This document shows, one piece after another, positions 40,596 to 54,064 of a DNA stretch of 64,000 bases. A model generated the notes under the pieces. The model saw only the letters and a program-made list of their open reading frames with translations, did not search any database and was not told the origin of the DNA. The translations under genes were made by a program, and so were the position numbers. Position 1 is the first letter of the stretch, and each line of letters starts with the position of its first letter. Origin of the DNA: Cycas panzhihuaensis (taxonomy: Eukaryota; Plantae; Cycadophyta); assembly GCA_023213395.1 (NCBI GenBank), contig CM041465.1, positions 144,839,741-144,903,740 of the forward strand, read 5' to 3'.

Positions 40596-43500
40596 TGTTA
40601 GACTAGGAAGCAGAGCAGGCCAATCAAAGTTATGTTTCTATCATGAAGAGTTAATACCATTATGTTAATTAATTGGTGGTGTTAAAAAATACTAAGGAGG
40701 TATTCCCCCCAAATATATAGTTTTGGGAAGGTGGTAGACTGCCTCAACTTGATGTTAGTCTAAAATAATTAAAAAATAAATAAAATAATATACATTATAT
40801 GTCTGGTCGGCTATTGGTGGCTACATGATGGCTCTTGGTAGTTCAAGGTGCCTTTTAGGGGCCTGAGGTCGGCTTGCATGCCCTTTAACAATGAGCATTA
40901 TCCCAACATTCTCCCTCATAATGTCCATTGTATAGAACTCCAAGTTTATCTCTAAATTTATGAAACTTAATATTTCCTAATGTCTTTATGAATATATCAA
41001 TTATTTGATCTTCAATATTGCAATATACCAACTTGATCTTACATGCTTGAACTAATTCTAGAATGAAGTGATGCTAGGTTTCACTATGCTTGGTTCTACC
41101 ATGAAATACTAGATTTTGAGTCATCTGAATAGTGCTTTGATTGTCACACCAAATTTTAGTTGGCCTTTTCTATTCTATCTAAATGTCTTGTAGAAGTCAT
41201 TGTAGCCATACAGTTTCACATATAACATAGACTATTGTTTTATATTCTGTTTCTATTGTAGATAGGAAAATAATATTCTATTTCTTGATGCTCCATGTTA
41301 TAGCTGATGTACCTAAACTGAAAGTAAAACATGAAGTGGATTTTCTGTCCTTAATGTCACTTGCTCAATTTGAATCTGTATACCCATTCAATCTGAAATT
41401 CAATGAAGATTTATATTGCAATCCATATTTTATTATGCCTTTTAGGTATCGTAGGATCTGTTTTACTACTTGCCAATGAGTAGTCTTGGGATCTTATACA
41501 AATCTAGATACTACATTGATCACATGCGTAATATCTAGTCGTGTTGAAATTAAATAAATTAGACTGCCAATTAATTATCTATAGAGTGTGAGATCTATAG
41601 GTATAAAATCATCAAGTTTAGATAGCTTGATCCCAACTTCAGCCGGAGTTGCTAGAGGTTTGTAATCATTCATCTTAAACTTTTGATGTAAGTCCAAGGT
41701 GTACTTCCTTTTAGAGATAAAAATACCATTTTTATCTTGCCATACTTCCAAACCTAAGAAGTAATACATTAAACCCAAATTTGTCATCTCAAACTCTTTA
41801 CACATAGCTTCCTTAAAGTTTTTCCAAAGATGGGAGTCATTTCCAATGTAGACAATATCATCTACATAAACTCCCACTATTAGAATGGAGTCTCCCTTGA
41901 TCTTGATATATAAGTTTGGATCTAATTGAGATCTTTTGAATCCTTGATCTATGAAATATCCATCGATTCGAGAATACCATACCCTAAGAGCTTGCTTTAA
42001 TCCATAGAGTGTCTTTTTAAGCTTATACATTGTCTTCTTCTCCCCTAACTTCAAAACCTTGGGGTTGAGAGATATAGATATCCTCTTCAATGTACCCATT
42101 AAGAAATGCACTTTTAATATCCATTTCGTAAATATCCCATCCTATTTGTGCAGCCAAAGTCATCATTATATGAACAGTTTTTATGCGTGTGACATGGACA
42201 AATGTTTCACTATAATCGATGCATTCTCTTTAGGCACAACCTTTTATTACCAATCTAGCTTATATTTGTCAATTAATCTATCAGATTGAAACTTGGTTTT
42301 ATAAATCCACTTGGTACCAATGGAATTTTTATTAGGAGTAAGGTCAACTAATTCCCAAGTATCATTTCTGACTATGGAGTTGTATTCTTCCTCTATTACT
42401 TTTCTCCAAGTATCATGTGTATTGGCCTCATCAAAAGTATGAGGCTTGTGGGTTTCCATAACTTGACTCATAAGGAAAAGATTCACCATATGGGCATGAG
42501 TGAATCTTTGATTATAGTCATTGTCCAAGATGTTGTCTATATCATGGTTCTATTAAACCTATTTAGGTAATCTTTGTGGTGGAGGTTGAGAAGAGGTTCA
42601 CTCCCCACTTGATACATCAATGATTTGTCTTAATTCTTACCTAGGTGGCATATGTTTAGACCTAATAATGGAATCAAGATTTATCATGATATAATTCCCT
42701 TTGTTTTGATCATAATCAATGTGGTAATAATCATATTCTTGGAATTTAACATCTTTACTCACCATGACTTTTCAAAAATTGGGATCATAGACCTTATAAG
42801 ATTTGGAGGCATCGTTGTATCCAATGAATATACATCTAGTGCTATGATCATCTAGCTTATACCTTCATTGTTTAGGAATATAAATATAAGCTAAGCATCC
42901 AAAATCTCTTAAATGATGAATACTAGGTTTGTATCTAGTCCAAGCTTCTTCAAGAATCATGCACCTAAGTGATTTGGTGGTACACCTATTGAATAAATAA
43001 ACAGTAATGTGAACTACTCTAGTCCAAAATTCATGTCCTAATCCTTTGTCATTTAACATATACCTAACCATCTCGACTATGGTATGGTTCTTCCTTTCAG
43101 CTACACCATTTTATTGTGGGGTGTAGGGATTTATAAGTTATTCCCTTATTCCATGATATGCAAAATAGGCCTTAAAATTATTTGAGATAAACTCTCCCCC
43201 TATTATATGATCTTAGGGAGAGGATTTTGTATCAACTTTATCTCTCCACATAGGTTTTAAAGTCGACAAAGTGTTGGAATGCATCTGATTTAAACTTTAC
43301 GAAATAAAACCAAGTTTTCCTTTTAAAATCATCAATGAATGTGATGAAATATCTAGCTCCTACTAATTAGGGAACATCCATGGGCCACAAATACTTGTGT
43401 AGACTAGTTGGAGAGGTCTACTTGCTCTATAGTTATTATCTGGAAAGCTTTCTTATGTTATTTTCCAAGGAGACACCCTTCACAAATATTTGTATCCACT

Positions 43501-46500
43501 TCAATGTGTGGTAACCCATCAACTATATCCTTCTTCATTAGTTCTAAACTACTATAATTTAAGTGACTAAATCTCTTATGTCACATATCACTGCCAAGTT
43601 TGATTATTGTTCTCAATGCATAAGTGTGAGATGGAGTAAGGACTAGCTTGAAAAGTCTATCATTGGTCATTTTTCCCTTGGCAACTGCCACCTTATTCTT
43701 CCTTTTATCTTGTATGGTGCATTCTCTATTGTCAAATATGACTTTATAATCCTGGCCTATCATATGTCCTATGATAAAAGGTTCTTCTTTAAGGCTGGGA
43801 CATAAAATACATCATCAAGATATCAAGTTTCTCCTGATTTTGTTTATAGAACTATATTACCCCTTCTAATAAACTCATGAGAGGTGTCATCACTAAATAT
43901 AATGGACCCTTTTTAGTTCTATCTATAATTCAGAATACATTTTATTTGTAGGTCATATGGGTAGAACAACCTGAATCAATATACCATCATCTTCTTCCTT
44001 ATGAGTAATGAAACTGAATAGAAAGAGTCGAATGTTCTCCCTTGCTTCCATAATTGTATTGGCACTTCCTTTAGTTAGTGGACCATATTTGGCAAAATAT
44101 TTGTCTTATGTGTGACACTGGATTGCAAAGTGTGCAATAAAGTGAATCTCTTCTTCCAAAGCTAAGACTTCTACTACAAGGATAGAACCTATCAATATAG
44201 GATGGTCTTTCTCTTTCCATATATAGGGCTTGATTATCCCTTTATCTGTTATTGGGATAATTGAAGTTGGTCCTTTGAGATTTCATGTCTCCTTAACAAT
44301 TTAGACAACATTGGTTTGTCCCATGATTCCTTTCTTGACTTTGGTATCTATTGTAGTTAGTGTTCCTTTGATTAGCTCCTTGTTGTCTTTGATGTGGAGC
44401 TTGATACTTTAGTTACCTTTCTTGGTGCATTTCTTGTCTAGGGTTTCTATTTCTTCCGTTTAGAGATTGGTCCCTAGATTTGGAGGTACCAGCTTAAGAA
44501 TTCGATTATATCCTCACTTTGGCTGCAAATGTATATTTAATTGATTCATTTGTATTCTATTGTTTCTCAACTACCATCAATAGGGCACTTAGTTGTTCTG
44601 TCTTCAATGTGCTTAAGTCTTTTAATACTCTGATACTAGTTGCCACCATTTCAAATCTTTTCACTACACTAATACATCTTAGGATTTATTCAGCCACTCT
44701 TTGTTTAGTCAATGTATCTCCAAAAGATCTTATTTGATTAACAATATCTTGCACCTTGGTTATGAATTCAGTTACTGATTCATTAGGCATCATCCTAAGA
44801 TTTTTAAATTTACTTCTTAGAGTTTGTAATTTAGATGAAGCAACCCCTTCATAAATTAGTTATAAGGTATCCCATGCTTCTTTAGATTTTGTTAACTCAC
44901 TTACTCTAGGAAATATATAGTCTTCAAGCACACAAAATATCAGTGTAAGTACCTCATTATCCTTCTCAATATTTTCTTTGTAAGCTAATTTCTCAAGATC
45001 TGTTAGATTTTGTCATAATTTTATGTACCCTGCTCTTACAATATCTCATATATTATTAGCTATGAGGATGGGTCTCATCCTCCTACTCTAATTTAAAAAT
45101 TTAGAACCATCAAGCTTAGGGATGATCATGTTGCCAAAGTTGGCTGCTATTATTTCTCAACAAAGGTTTTGATAAATGCCCTTTTGATAAGAACTTCCTT
45201 AAAATATAATTGTCAAATAAAGTTTTTAAATTATCCAAAAAATAAAGTTTTATAGTTATCTCCAAATGTTTAATAAGTTTCCTAGTCCCTAAAATGGTTT
45301 CTAGGCTCTAAGTTTAAGTGTCTTCAAGGTGAGCCTTTAGTTGGTACCCTATTTAGTAACGTTTACCTACAAGTGGCAAATTAGGGACCCAATATACTAG
45401 TACATGGGATCTTGGCTCGATATACCTCAATACACAGATTGCTAAAAGGGTGCTAAGACCCCTTTGATTTACATATCCACCTATGCCAGTTTTATGCCTA
45501 GCGACAGATCTAGTAGTGATAGCTTTACTAACTAAGGCACTCACCCTCTCTAGGTTTAGCCTTGGTCTCCAAACTCTAGAAATAAACAGGTTCTACACCT
45601 CAACTTTCCACCTAATAGCTAGTGATGTTCCTCATCCAATATGAGTGGGCTAAAGACATGTACGTGATGGTAACTTCAGGGGTCCTAACTATTCCCCTTA
45701 CAAAGCTAGAAATAAGATTGTTGATTTAAGTGATTATCTTTTTCAATATGAAAAAAAATAATTATTAAAATATGGTCTTGCTTAGACAACAAAGGATTCT
45801 TTTTAAGATTAAAAAATGAAAGAACTTTAACAAGCAAAACTAAATACTTTTTTAAATAAAATGGATAAATAATACTTTTGAATCAATTCCACTTTTGAAT
45901 CAAAATATTTCTTCTTAATGAAGCAATATGAATGCAAGTATGTAAACTATTATCTTTCAACTTGAAAATGCTCCTTGAACTAGTAAATTAAACAACTTTG
46001 TTTGGAAGGAAAAGTAACTTGAAAAATATATGTATGATCCTTCAAATAAATGCCTTAATAAAAAGTAACTTAATAATAAAAGGAGATAGTAACTAAGAAA
46101 TAAGGTGAAGATATTTATTATGCAAACTATTATCTTTCAAGTTAAAGAAGCTCATTGAAAAAGTAAATTACACAACTTTCAATGAAACTATATGCACATT
46201 TTCTTGAGAATTCAATGAATTAAAGAATATAAGCCAAAAGAATGAAGCTTTCAATATCCAAATGCCTTTTAAATAAGATAGTTAAATGATCCTTAAAGAG
46301 TGCAAGATAAGCAATCCTTTTAAAACATGAAGACCAATGTTCAACTTATAATCTTTTCAAGCAATGATAAATATAAGAGGCTTTAAAAATAAAAAACTAT
46401 GATGTATGTATATAAAGATATAATGAGATACTTGAAGGAAACGAGTCTTAAAAGCTTAAAAGAGCCAAAAAATAACTTGTAACTATGCAATGTAATGTAC

Positions 46501-48863
46501 TTATTAAGCTTCAAAAAATATAATGACTTTAAGGCAAATAAAATGTTCCTTTAACTTGTAAATCAGTGATCTCAAGATATATAAAGTTGTGAGTAAATAT
46601 TTCTACAATCAATGTAAATGAAATGAAGAAATGCTCTTTGTAGATTCACATGAAAACTAGGTGCAATCTAAAGTATTAAAGAAAATTAAAGACCTTAAAT
46701 AGCCAAGAATACTTAAGGAAATCTCTTAGATTCAGTTTTAGATGTTAAAGAAAGAAAATGATAATGATAAAGAGTCCCCCTTTGTCACTTTTGATCCAAA
46801 TAAGGCTCCTAATCTTCAAGAATCTAAAATTGATACTAAAGAGTTGAAAAGCAACTTGTAAGCTTATAAAACCAAGCAAATACTATCAATAATCAATTAG
46901 TATCAGATAAAAAATGAGTATATTCAATAAGAATGAAAAAACTTAGCTCAAAATATCAAAGAAATTATCTAACTAGGACTGAATCATAGGCTCAAATTCA
47001 ATGGCTTCAAGGACCTACAAAACAATATTAGAATGCGATGAAACTTATTTTGATATGTAGAGCACTGAAAAATCTTTTCAACGGTTTTGACGTTTTATAA
47101 AATAGAGTTGTAGAGCTTAAGTTATTAAAGAAACTATATATGGACCCCTTTATAGCCAATGAATTAAGAGATACAAAAGAGGATCAAATTTGACTATATT
47201 CAACTCTTTGAAATTCTACTTAAATCAGGAAAAAAAAAGGGCTCTAGCCTATAGAGCTATGAGTCAAGAATCCAACAAATCAAGTGGTTTGAGAATCTGA
47301 CCTCCCAATGCAAAGATATTGTGCAAAACGTAAACAATATTCCTTAGGTTAAAAAATAAAAAAAAGGTTGGCTTTTAGCCCCTTAGTTAATAAGGCAGGG
47401 TCATATGGGACCCAATGAGACCAGCTGATGATTAATAGAGGGGGCTAATAGAATCCAAAGAATATAAAGTATGATTAATACCTTTTAAAACCAAATTTTA
47501 TAAAAAATAATTTATAAAATTTTAAATCCACCCTTTAAACGAGGTCATAAGGGGCTAAATAAGACTGAGAACTAATCACGAAGGGGGCTACTTATAAAAT
47601 CATGAGCCCAAAACTCAAAGTTTATTAAATGTAATTAAATTTTTTGAAACTTTATAAAAAAATAAAATGAATTAATAGAAGATGATCACATGTTAATGGC
47701 GATTGTGCAAGGGTGTAAATAATCGATACATGCGATCGAAAAATGATGCAAAGGGATTAAGATCGATTCACAAGGGACGCCATAGATCAACAGTAAGAGA
47801 TTGATCTAAAAGATCTTCAAAAAATATATATTGTTATATATAAAAGCATGATAAAGCATATGAGGAACTGACAAACCTAAATGGGCAAAAAATCCATTTT
47901 AAAACTACTGAAAGTCAATCTAAATTGATCGAGATCTCATCGATGGTAGGTGCTAATGGATTAGGGTGAAAAAAAAATACTAAGAAATGTATATTTTTGT
48001 GATTTATAAATAAAAAGATGTAAATAAATAGTGGACTGAAAAAATGAAGATGCAAATATCAATTATGAAATCTCATGAAATGAGATGAAGAATCTCTCTG
48101 AGATGGGTGTAGGGCTGGTGTGCCCCTCAATATCAAAAAATAAAAATAAAAAAAATAATAAGTAAAGAAAATAACATATTTACAGAATGGTGATGCGGTT
48201 TATAAAACTATCAAGAAGACTAAAGTTTAAAGTAAAAATTCTCACTAATGGAGAGACAAAAACTCAAACAATTTTCACTACTAGGTAGACAATTTAATCT
48301 TGACCAGAACAGGTGGTCATATGATATAGTTTTGATCGATGATTGAGAAGCTAGAATCAAATGAAGTCAGGCAGATAACGCAGGGTAAAATGAGCAGATA
48401 CGTATAAAAGAAATTCAATAATATAGATAATAGTTTTATATAGTTTTACCTTAGATAAATCACTATATAAAATACACACCAAATTATATGAAATAATAGT
48501 CGTGAGTCTCAAACTTGAACGCTTGCTTGAACACTCACTTTGATATCAAATGTTGGATTGAGGAGTAGAGTGGGCTGGACAAAGTCACGTTTCCATCATA
48601 AAGAGTTAATAGCATTCCGTTAATTTTTTTGCGTTGTTAAAAAGCATCAGGGAAGTATTCCCCTTAAATATATAGTTTTGGGGAGGCGGTGGACTGCCTC
48701 AACCCAACGTTAGTCCAAAATAATTAAAAAATAAATAAAATAATACATAATAGATACCTAGTCGGTTGTTAGTGGCTATATGGCAGCTCTTGGTAGCTCA
48801 AGGTGCCTTTTGGGGGCCCAAGGTTGGCTTGCATGTCTTTTAACAATGGGCATTATCCCAACA
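40596..48863 (-). mobile_element. Element F: Ty1/copia (Ivana-like Gag) with a 3.4-kb 5' leader
   Basis: 313-bp LTRs 40596-40908 and 48551-48863; perfect TSD AATTA; decayed PBS 48537-48548; PPT TGAGGGAGAA 40909-40918. Confidence 0.94.
40910..45150 (-). pseudogene. Copia gag-pol of F
   Basis: IPKLDGSKFLN*SRRM (Gag start), VYLFNRCTTKSL (integrase), LYGLKQALRVWY..VGVYVDDIV (RT), IFIKTLG..FRDKLGV (RNase H). Confidence 0.92.
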
Positions 48864-49167
48864 AATTATTTAATATTTCAACTAAATCACCTCTAACATA
48901 CAACCAAGATAAGACTGTGTTATATATACAGAACTTACATTGTCTTAATTATCATAATTATTTTACATTACTATTAATCAATTATTATCAAATAAGTCAT
49001 TTATCATATATATTTTTATTTATTGATACAATAAACAAATATTGAGTGTTCTAAATCCAAGTTGTGGAAATGAGAAGATACAATTGTGGTGGTTATAATC
49101 CACCATTAAATATTTCTATACACATTACCTCCAATAGTTTATTACTATATTAAGTCACCATTCACTT

Positions 49168-51807
49168 TATTATAAGCCTAAATATATTAATATGAAGTCA
49201 ACTCCAAATAGGCATGTGAAGTTAATCTTAAGAGAGAGAATAAATGTCAATTTTTCAGAGAGAGAATAAATAGGCCCCAACGTATGGCTATAAGTAAGGG
49301 AGTTTTAATCATTTATCATCTTCTTTTGAAATATTATTTATTTTATTGAAACAATGGCCTAAATCCATTATCGCACTATGGTACCTTAACAGGATCCCCT
49401 CGCCTGAAAGAGGACTACTATTATAAGAAACTCATCTAATATTTTATATTTTTTGAATTATTATTCTTTTATAAATAAGATATTATATGGTTTCACTTTG
49501 ATATGATGATATGTTATTGAATGTATACTATTATAAGTTATGGGTTTCGCCATAATTAATATTAGAGCATAAGTTTGACTAATTAGGGTTTTATCAAATA
49601 TTTATGATTTTGAAGGTATAAATGACTAAGTTTGGAGAAAACGAAGATATATTTGAGATGATCAGACTTGTGTTATAAATTTTAAGTGGTTATATTATAG
49701 GGTTTAGAGTAGAATTACAAAAGTTATAAGGGTTTTAATATTGACCTGATATCCATCATCATCTGTATGGTAGAAAATTTACTACAACAACTTTAAATGG
49801 CTATAACAGGGGCTACAAGTATTCAATTGACCTCAAAACTTTTCTGAATAAGTGTGTCTTAAAGTCTACTTTTTGTTGGAAGTCATTTTAATTTAATTAG
49901 ATATCATAATAAGAAGTTATTGTCATTTTAGTAATAGGTACTACTATAGTCTCCAAAATCCTAAATTTTGATCCACTTTAAAGGGGATAGAACTTCTGCT
50001 ATAAATATTAGAGTTCAATTTTGTCATTCATAGGCCTTGAAAATAAACTATTTCATGAGTATATTTTATAAATATTTATAAGAGAAATTACTATCTAAAG
50101 TTACACAAAGGAAAAAAAGGAACCAATAGTTAGTGTAGATTGAGCCATTTGAGATGGATAATGTGTACAATGTCCTAGAAATATTAGAAGATTTACCAAA
50201 AGATGTTGAAATATTCCTTATAAAATTGAGGGGATCTCATATAAAAATGACCTAAAAAGGGAAATTAGAGAAGAACCAACACAAGTGCATAAACAATATA
50301 AGAATGTTGATGCAAGTAGAGCCTATCTGTGAGGAAATAGAAATCCAAGAAGAAATATCATGACACTATACTTCAAATGATGAAAATTTTATGATGGAGC
50401 AACATGAATTTATTAATGAGTAATTCAAAGAGGATTCGATGGAGATAGAAGAATCTAAGAAAGATTCTAAATAATCAAGTGAATCATTCAAACTAGTTCT
50501 TAATCCTATTTTGCACATGTCCATTTCTATCTCAGTTTTATTATTCCGATTAATTTTCCTCACTGAATTACTTTAAAAGGTCCTCCAATGCATGTCCAAA
50601 AATATTCCATCATTGAATTTCTTGGTTCTCAATTTCTTGTAGGTGAAATCTCAATTCCACTTTAGTTCAATCATTTAGGTCCCAATTTCCACCTTATTTC
50701 ATCTATTATAAAGCCTTCTTCTATACCCTTCCTAGGATCCCTATCAAAACCCCTTTTCTATAAAGATTATCTAGACTAATTCCATGTCCATTCCCTATAA
50801 AATCATTATCTTGTAAGATTGCTTATCACTTCTATAATATTCATTCTTCCTTTTCTATTACATTTTTTTTCCACAGATCATCCCTTTATCTATTACTCCC
50901 ATAAGATCTCTAGTTGTCCAACTAATTCCTTACGCATCATAACCCTTGTGTGTACCCTATATTGAAATAATTTCTAAATCAGATATACTTTTTAATGTAT
51001 ATTTCCTATATCCCTACTTCCCGCATATACAAAATACTTATCGATCACCTCACCAACCCCCACCTTTTCCTTATTACCCAAATTTTCCTACTATATATTT
51101 TGTATTCAGAAAGAATACATATTATGTGACTATCATATCTATTCTTACCACCTTGTTCTTATTCTCTACATATGACCTATTTTTATTTTATAAAACATTC
51201 TTAGCATTCATAACCCCCTACCTCTTTCCCTCATCTACTCCAATAAAATCCTCCTTTCAAAGTTAGTAGCTTATAGACAAAAATGTACAAAAAGAAAACA
51301 AGTTTTCAACCATATGCCATCAAAACTACACAGGTCCCAAGATCAATTTTATACATGAGGGGTTATAAAATTCATAATGTGCCAGATACAAATAATTACA
51401 TGCATAGCAGGGATGGACCAAATTTTTATGACATGTAGGTTTTAATTGGTAGTGGATAAAGACTATGTAGAAGTTGGCTCTAAGTGATTCCTCATGCAGT
51501 ATTTATACTTTGAGTATGAAATATTTTAAGAAAAGGGTGGTTGTTGCAAGCCTAATTATTAATGTAAATTTGACTCTAAATAGGCATGTGAAGTCAGTTT
51601 TTAGAGAGAGAATAAAATGTTAATTTTTTAAAGAGATAATAAATAAGGCCCAACTTATAACTATACATAATGAAGCTTTAATCATTTATCATTATATTTT
51701 GAAATATTATTTGTCTTACTAGGATAATGGCCTAAATCCATTGTGGCACCACGTTCCCTTAAGAGGATCCCTTCACTTTGAAGAGGGTTATTATTTTGAG
51801 AAATTAT
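49168..51807 (+). mobile_element. Element G: non-autonomous LTR element related to D; 3' LTR truncated by H
   Basis: 5' LTR 49168-49554; decayed PBS taatattagagc 49557-49568; PPT about 51527-51541; 3' LTR 51542-51807; interior blocks homologous to D. Confidence 0.8.
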
Positions 51808-54064
51808 TATGAACCTAAGAGGTTCAATATTGTAGCCATCAAAAGAAACTTGCACAATATACAAAAATATGATAAATAATAATAAAAATGTTATAGATAA
51901 TAGTTAAATAAATGTTATCTTTATTTGAGTTTAGAGCTCCTCCAAGGTAACATTATTGCCTGTAATTGCCTCCAAATAACCGAAGCTCTAAAAGAAATAA
52001 TCCATAATGTTTTAACAAATGATCTCCTACTCTTTCTATACTTTCACGAATGGGCCACTTCTAATGGACATGTCAATTTGCAAAGGGGTACATCCATTGG
52101 TTTCATAATAAGTCTCCTCCTCCCCCTTCCCCCTAAAATAAGAATAATTTTACCCTCAAAGCATAACAACTTGCAAATTTTGTTGGTACCATGTTTCATC
52201 TTCTAGTTATATATTTAATGCCCATGCCCTTCTATTTGATGAAGTATTCTTTTATCTCTCTATTACACAACATTCTTATTCTTATCTACATTATTCCTTC
52301 TAGTTGTAAGATGTATAACCCTTCTTCATCTAACTCTAATAGAGTTATTTACATTATGACTTTATCTCCAACTTTACCCTTGAAATAGGATACATGGAAT
52401 ACATCATGAGCTTTTCCATTTGGAAACTATGGATGATAAGCCACTTCACCAATTTTCCTATGCACTTGGAAAGAGCTATAGAATTTTGGTTGTAGCTTCT
52501 ACTTCCTTAATTTATTTAATGAACCTTGTTTATAAGGTGGTAATCTTAAAAATACCCAATCTTTGGTGTTAAATTATCTTTCTATGCAATTCAAATCTTA
52601 TTGTTATTTTATCCTATTTATTATTATGTTTAAGTTATCTTTGAAGCTCATGAGGATATCTTCCATTTTTATCACCTGGTCATTAACTACTTAAACTCTA
52701 GATTGAGTAACCATATGGATTAAAGATGGTTGATAATACATATAAGAGAGCTTTGAATAGAGTCATTTGTACTACTATGTGATATGTAGTGCTATACCAC
52801 TATCCTACCAAATGTAATCAATAGTGTCAATGTGATTACTTTTATGAAGTAAAGTAATGAAAATACCCTTCTAGATATTTGTTAACTACTTTTGATTGAC
52901 TATCCATCCGAGGATAAAATATCACACTCATATTTATTTTAGTTCCAACTAGGGTAAACATTTGTTCCATAAATTACTTGTGAATTTGGGATCTCAATCA
53001 CTAATAATAACTTTAGAAAATCCATGTAATCAGTGGATCTCTTTCACAAAAATGTCTACTATTTAGCTTGCCTTAAAAGTTGATTATATCTCCCTAAAAT
53101 GAGCGTATTTCATAAGTTTGCTAATAATCACAAATATTACGTTATTGCCATCCAAATATAGTAAGTCTGTGATGAAATCCATAGATCTATCTTCTTATTT
53201 TCTTTTAGGCATATGTAGTAGCTAAAAAATGTCTGACATCTTAAATATTTGGAATATATTCCTATGGCAAGTATCACATTTAGCCATATACTAATGTACA
53301 CTACTTTTTATATTATTCTAAATAAAAGATTATATAGTATTTTTATAAGTATTATTTGTCTCCACATAACCAACTCTAGGGGTAGAATGATGCTCTTGAA
53401 TGATTATATTTTTAAATGTTGAAGTGGAAGAAATATAAATTTTATCCTTATACTAGAGGATGTCATTTCTCCACTTAAACTTCTTATTTTAATTTGACAC
53501 ATTTTTAACTTATTAAATGATCTCTTGTGTGTGGATTTTTTGCATTTTCTTATTGTATACAAGTGATTTATATAGAGCCTAACACATACATAGCTTGAAG
53601 AATGACATCCTTGTTTCTTTAGATAGAGCATTTGTGACCACATTTTCTTCCCCATTTTTATAAACTATTTCAGAATCAAAAGATTGTAACTTATTGATCT
53701 AGTTATTTTAGAAAATATTTGAGGTTATCATAATCAGTGTTGATAATAAATTTATTGTTTATCAAGTAATGATAATATTTTATAATTTCTTAAATAATAT
53801 TTAATATTTCTTTTTTATAGATGTGGTGTAATTTCTCATATCCCTTAAATTTGTGACTTTTATAATTTGTTAGAAATTACAGACAAATAGATCATTTATA
53901 TACATAACAAGTATGAAATGAACAAGTACATAATAGAATTAATATGAGAAACCTCACAGTAGAAACCTACTACAACATATAGATTACATTGGTACAGAAT
54001 TGTTAAAATACAATGGACTTTAGATCCCTTTAAAAAAATCCATAAGTGCCTCAAATATTACAAT

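Noticed and set aside
45700-48530. Nested element or extra ORF in F's long leader
   Set aside because: No termini, TSD or coding motifs seen; only an ~80-bp local duplication (~45940 and ~46120).
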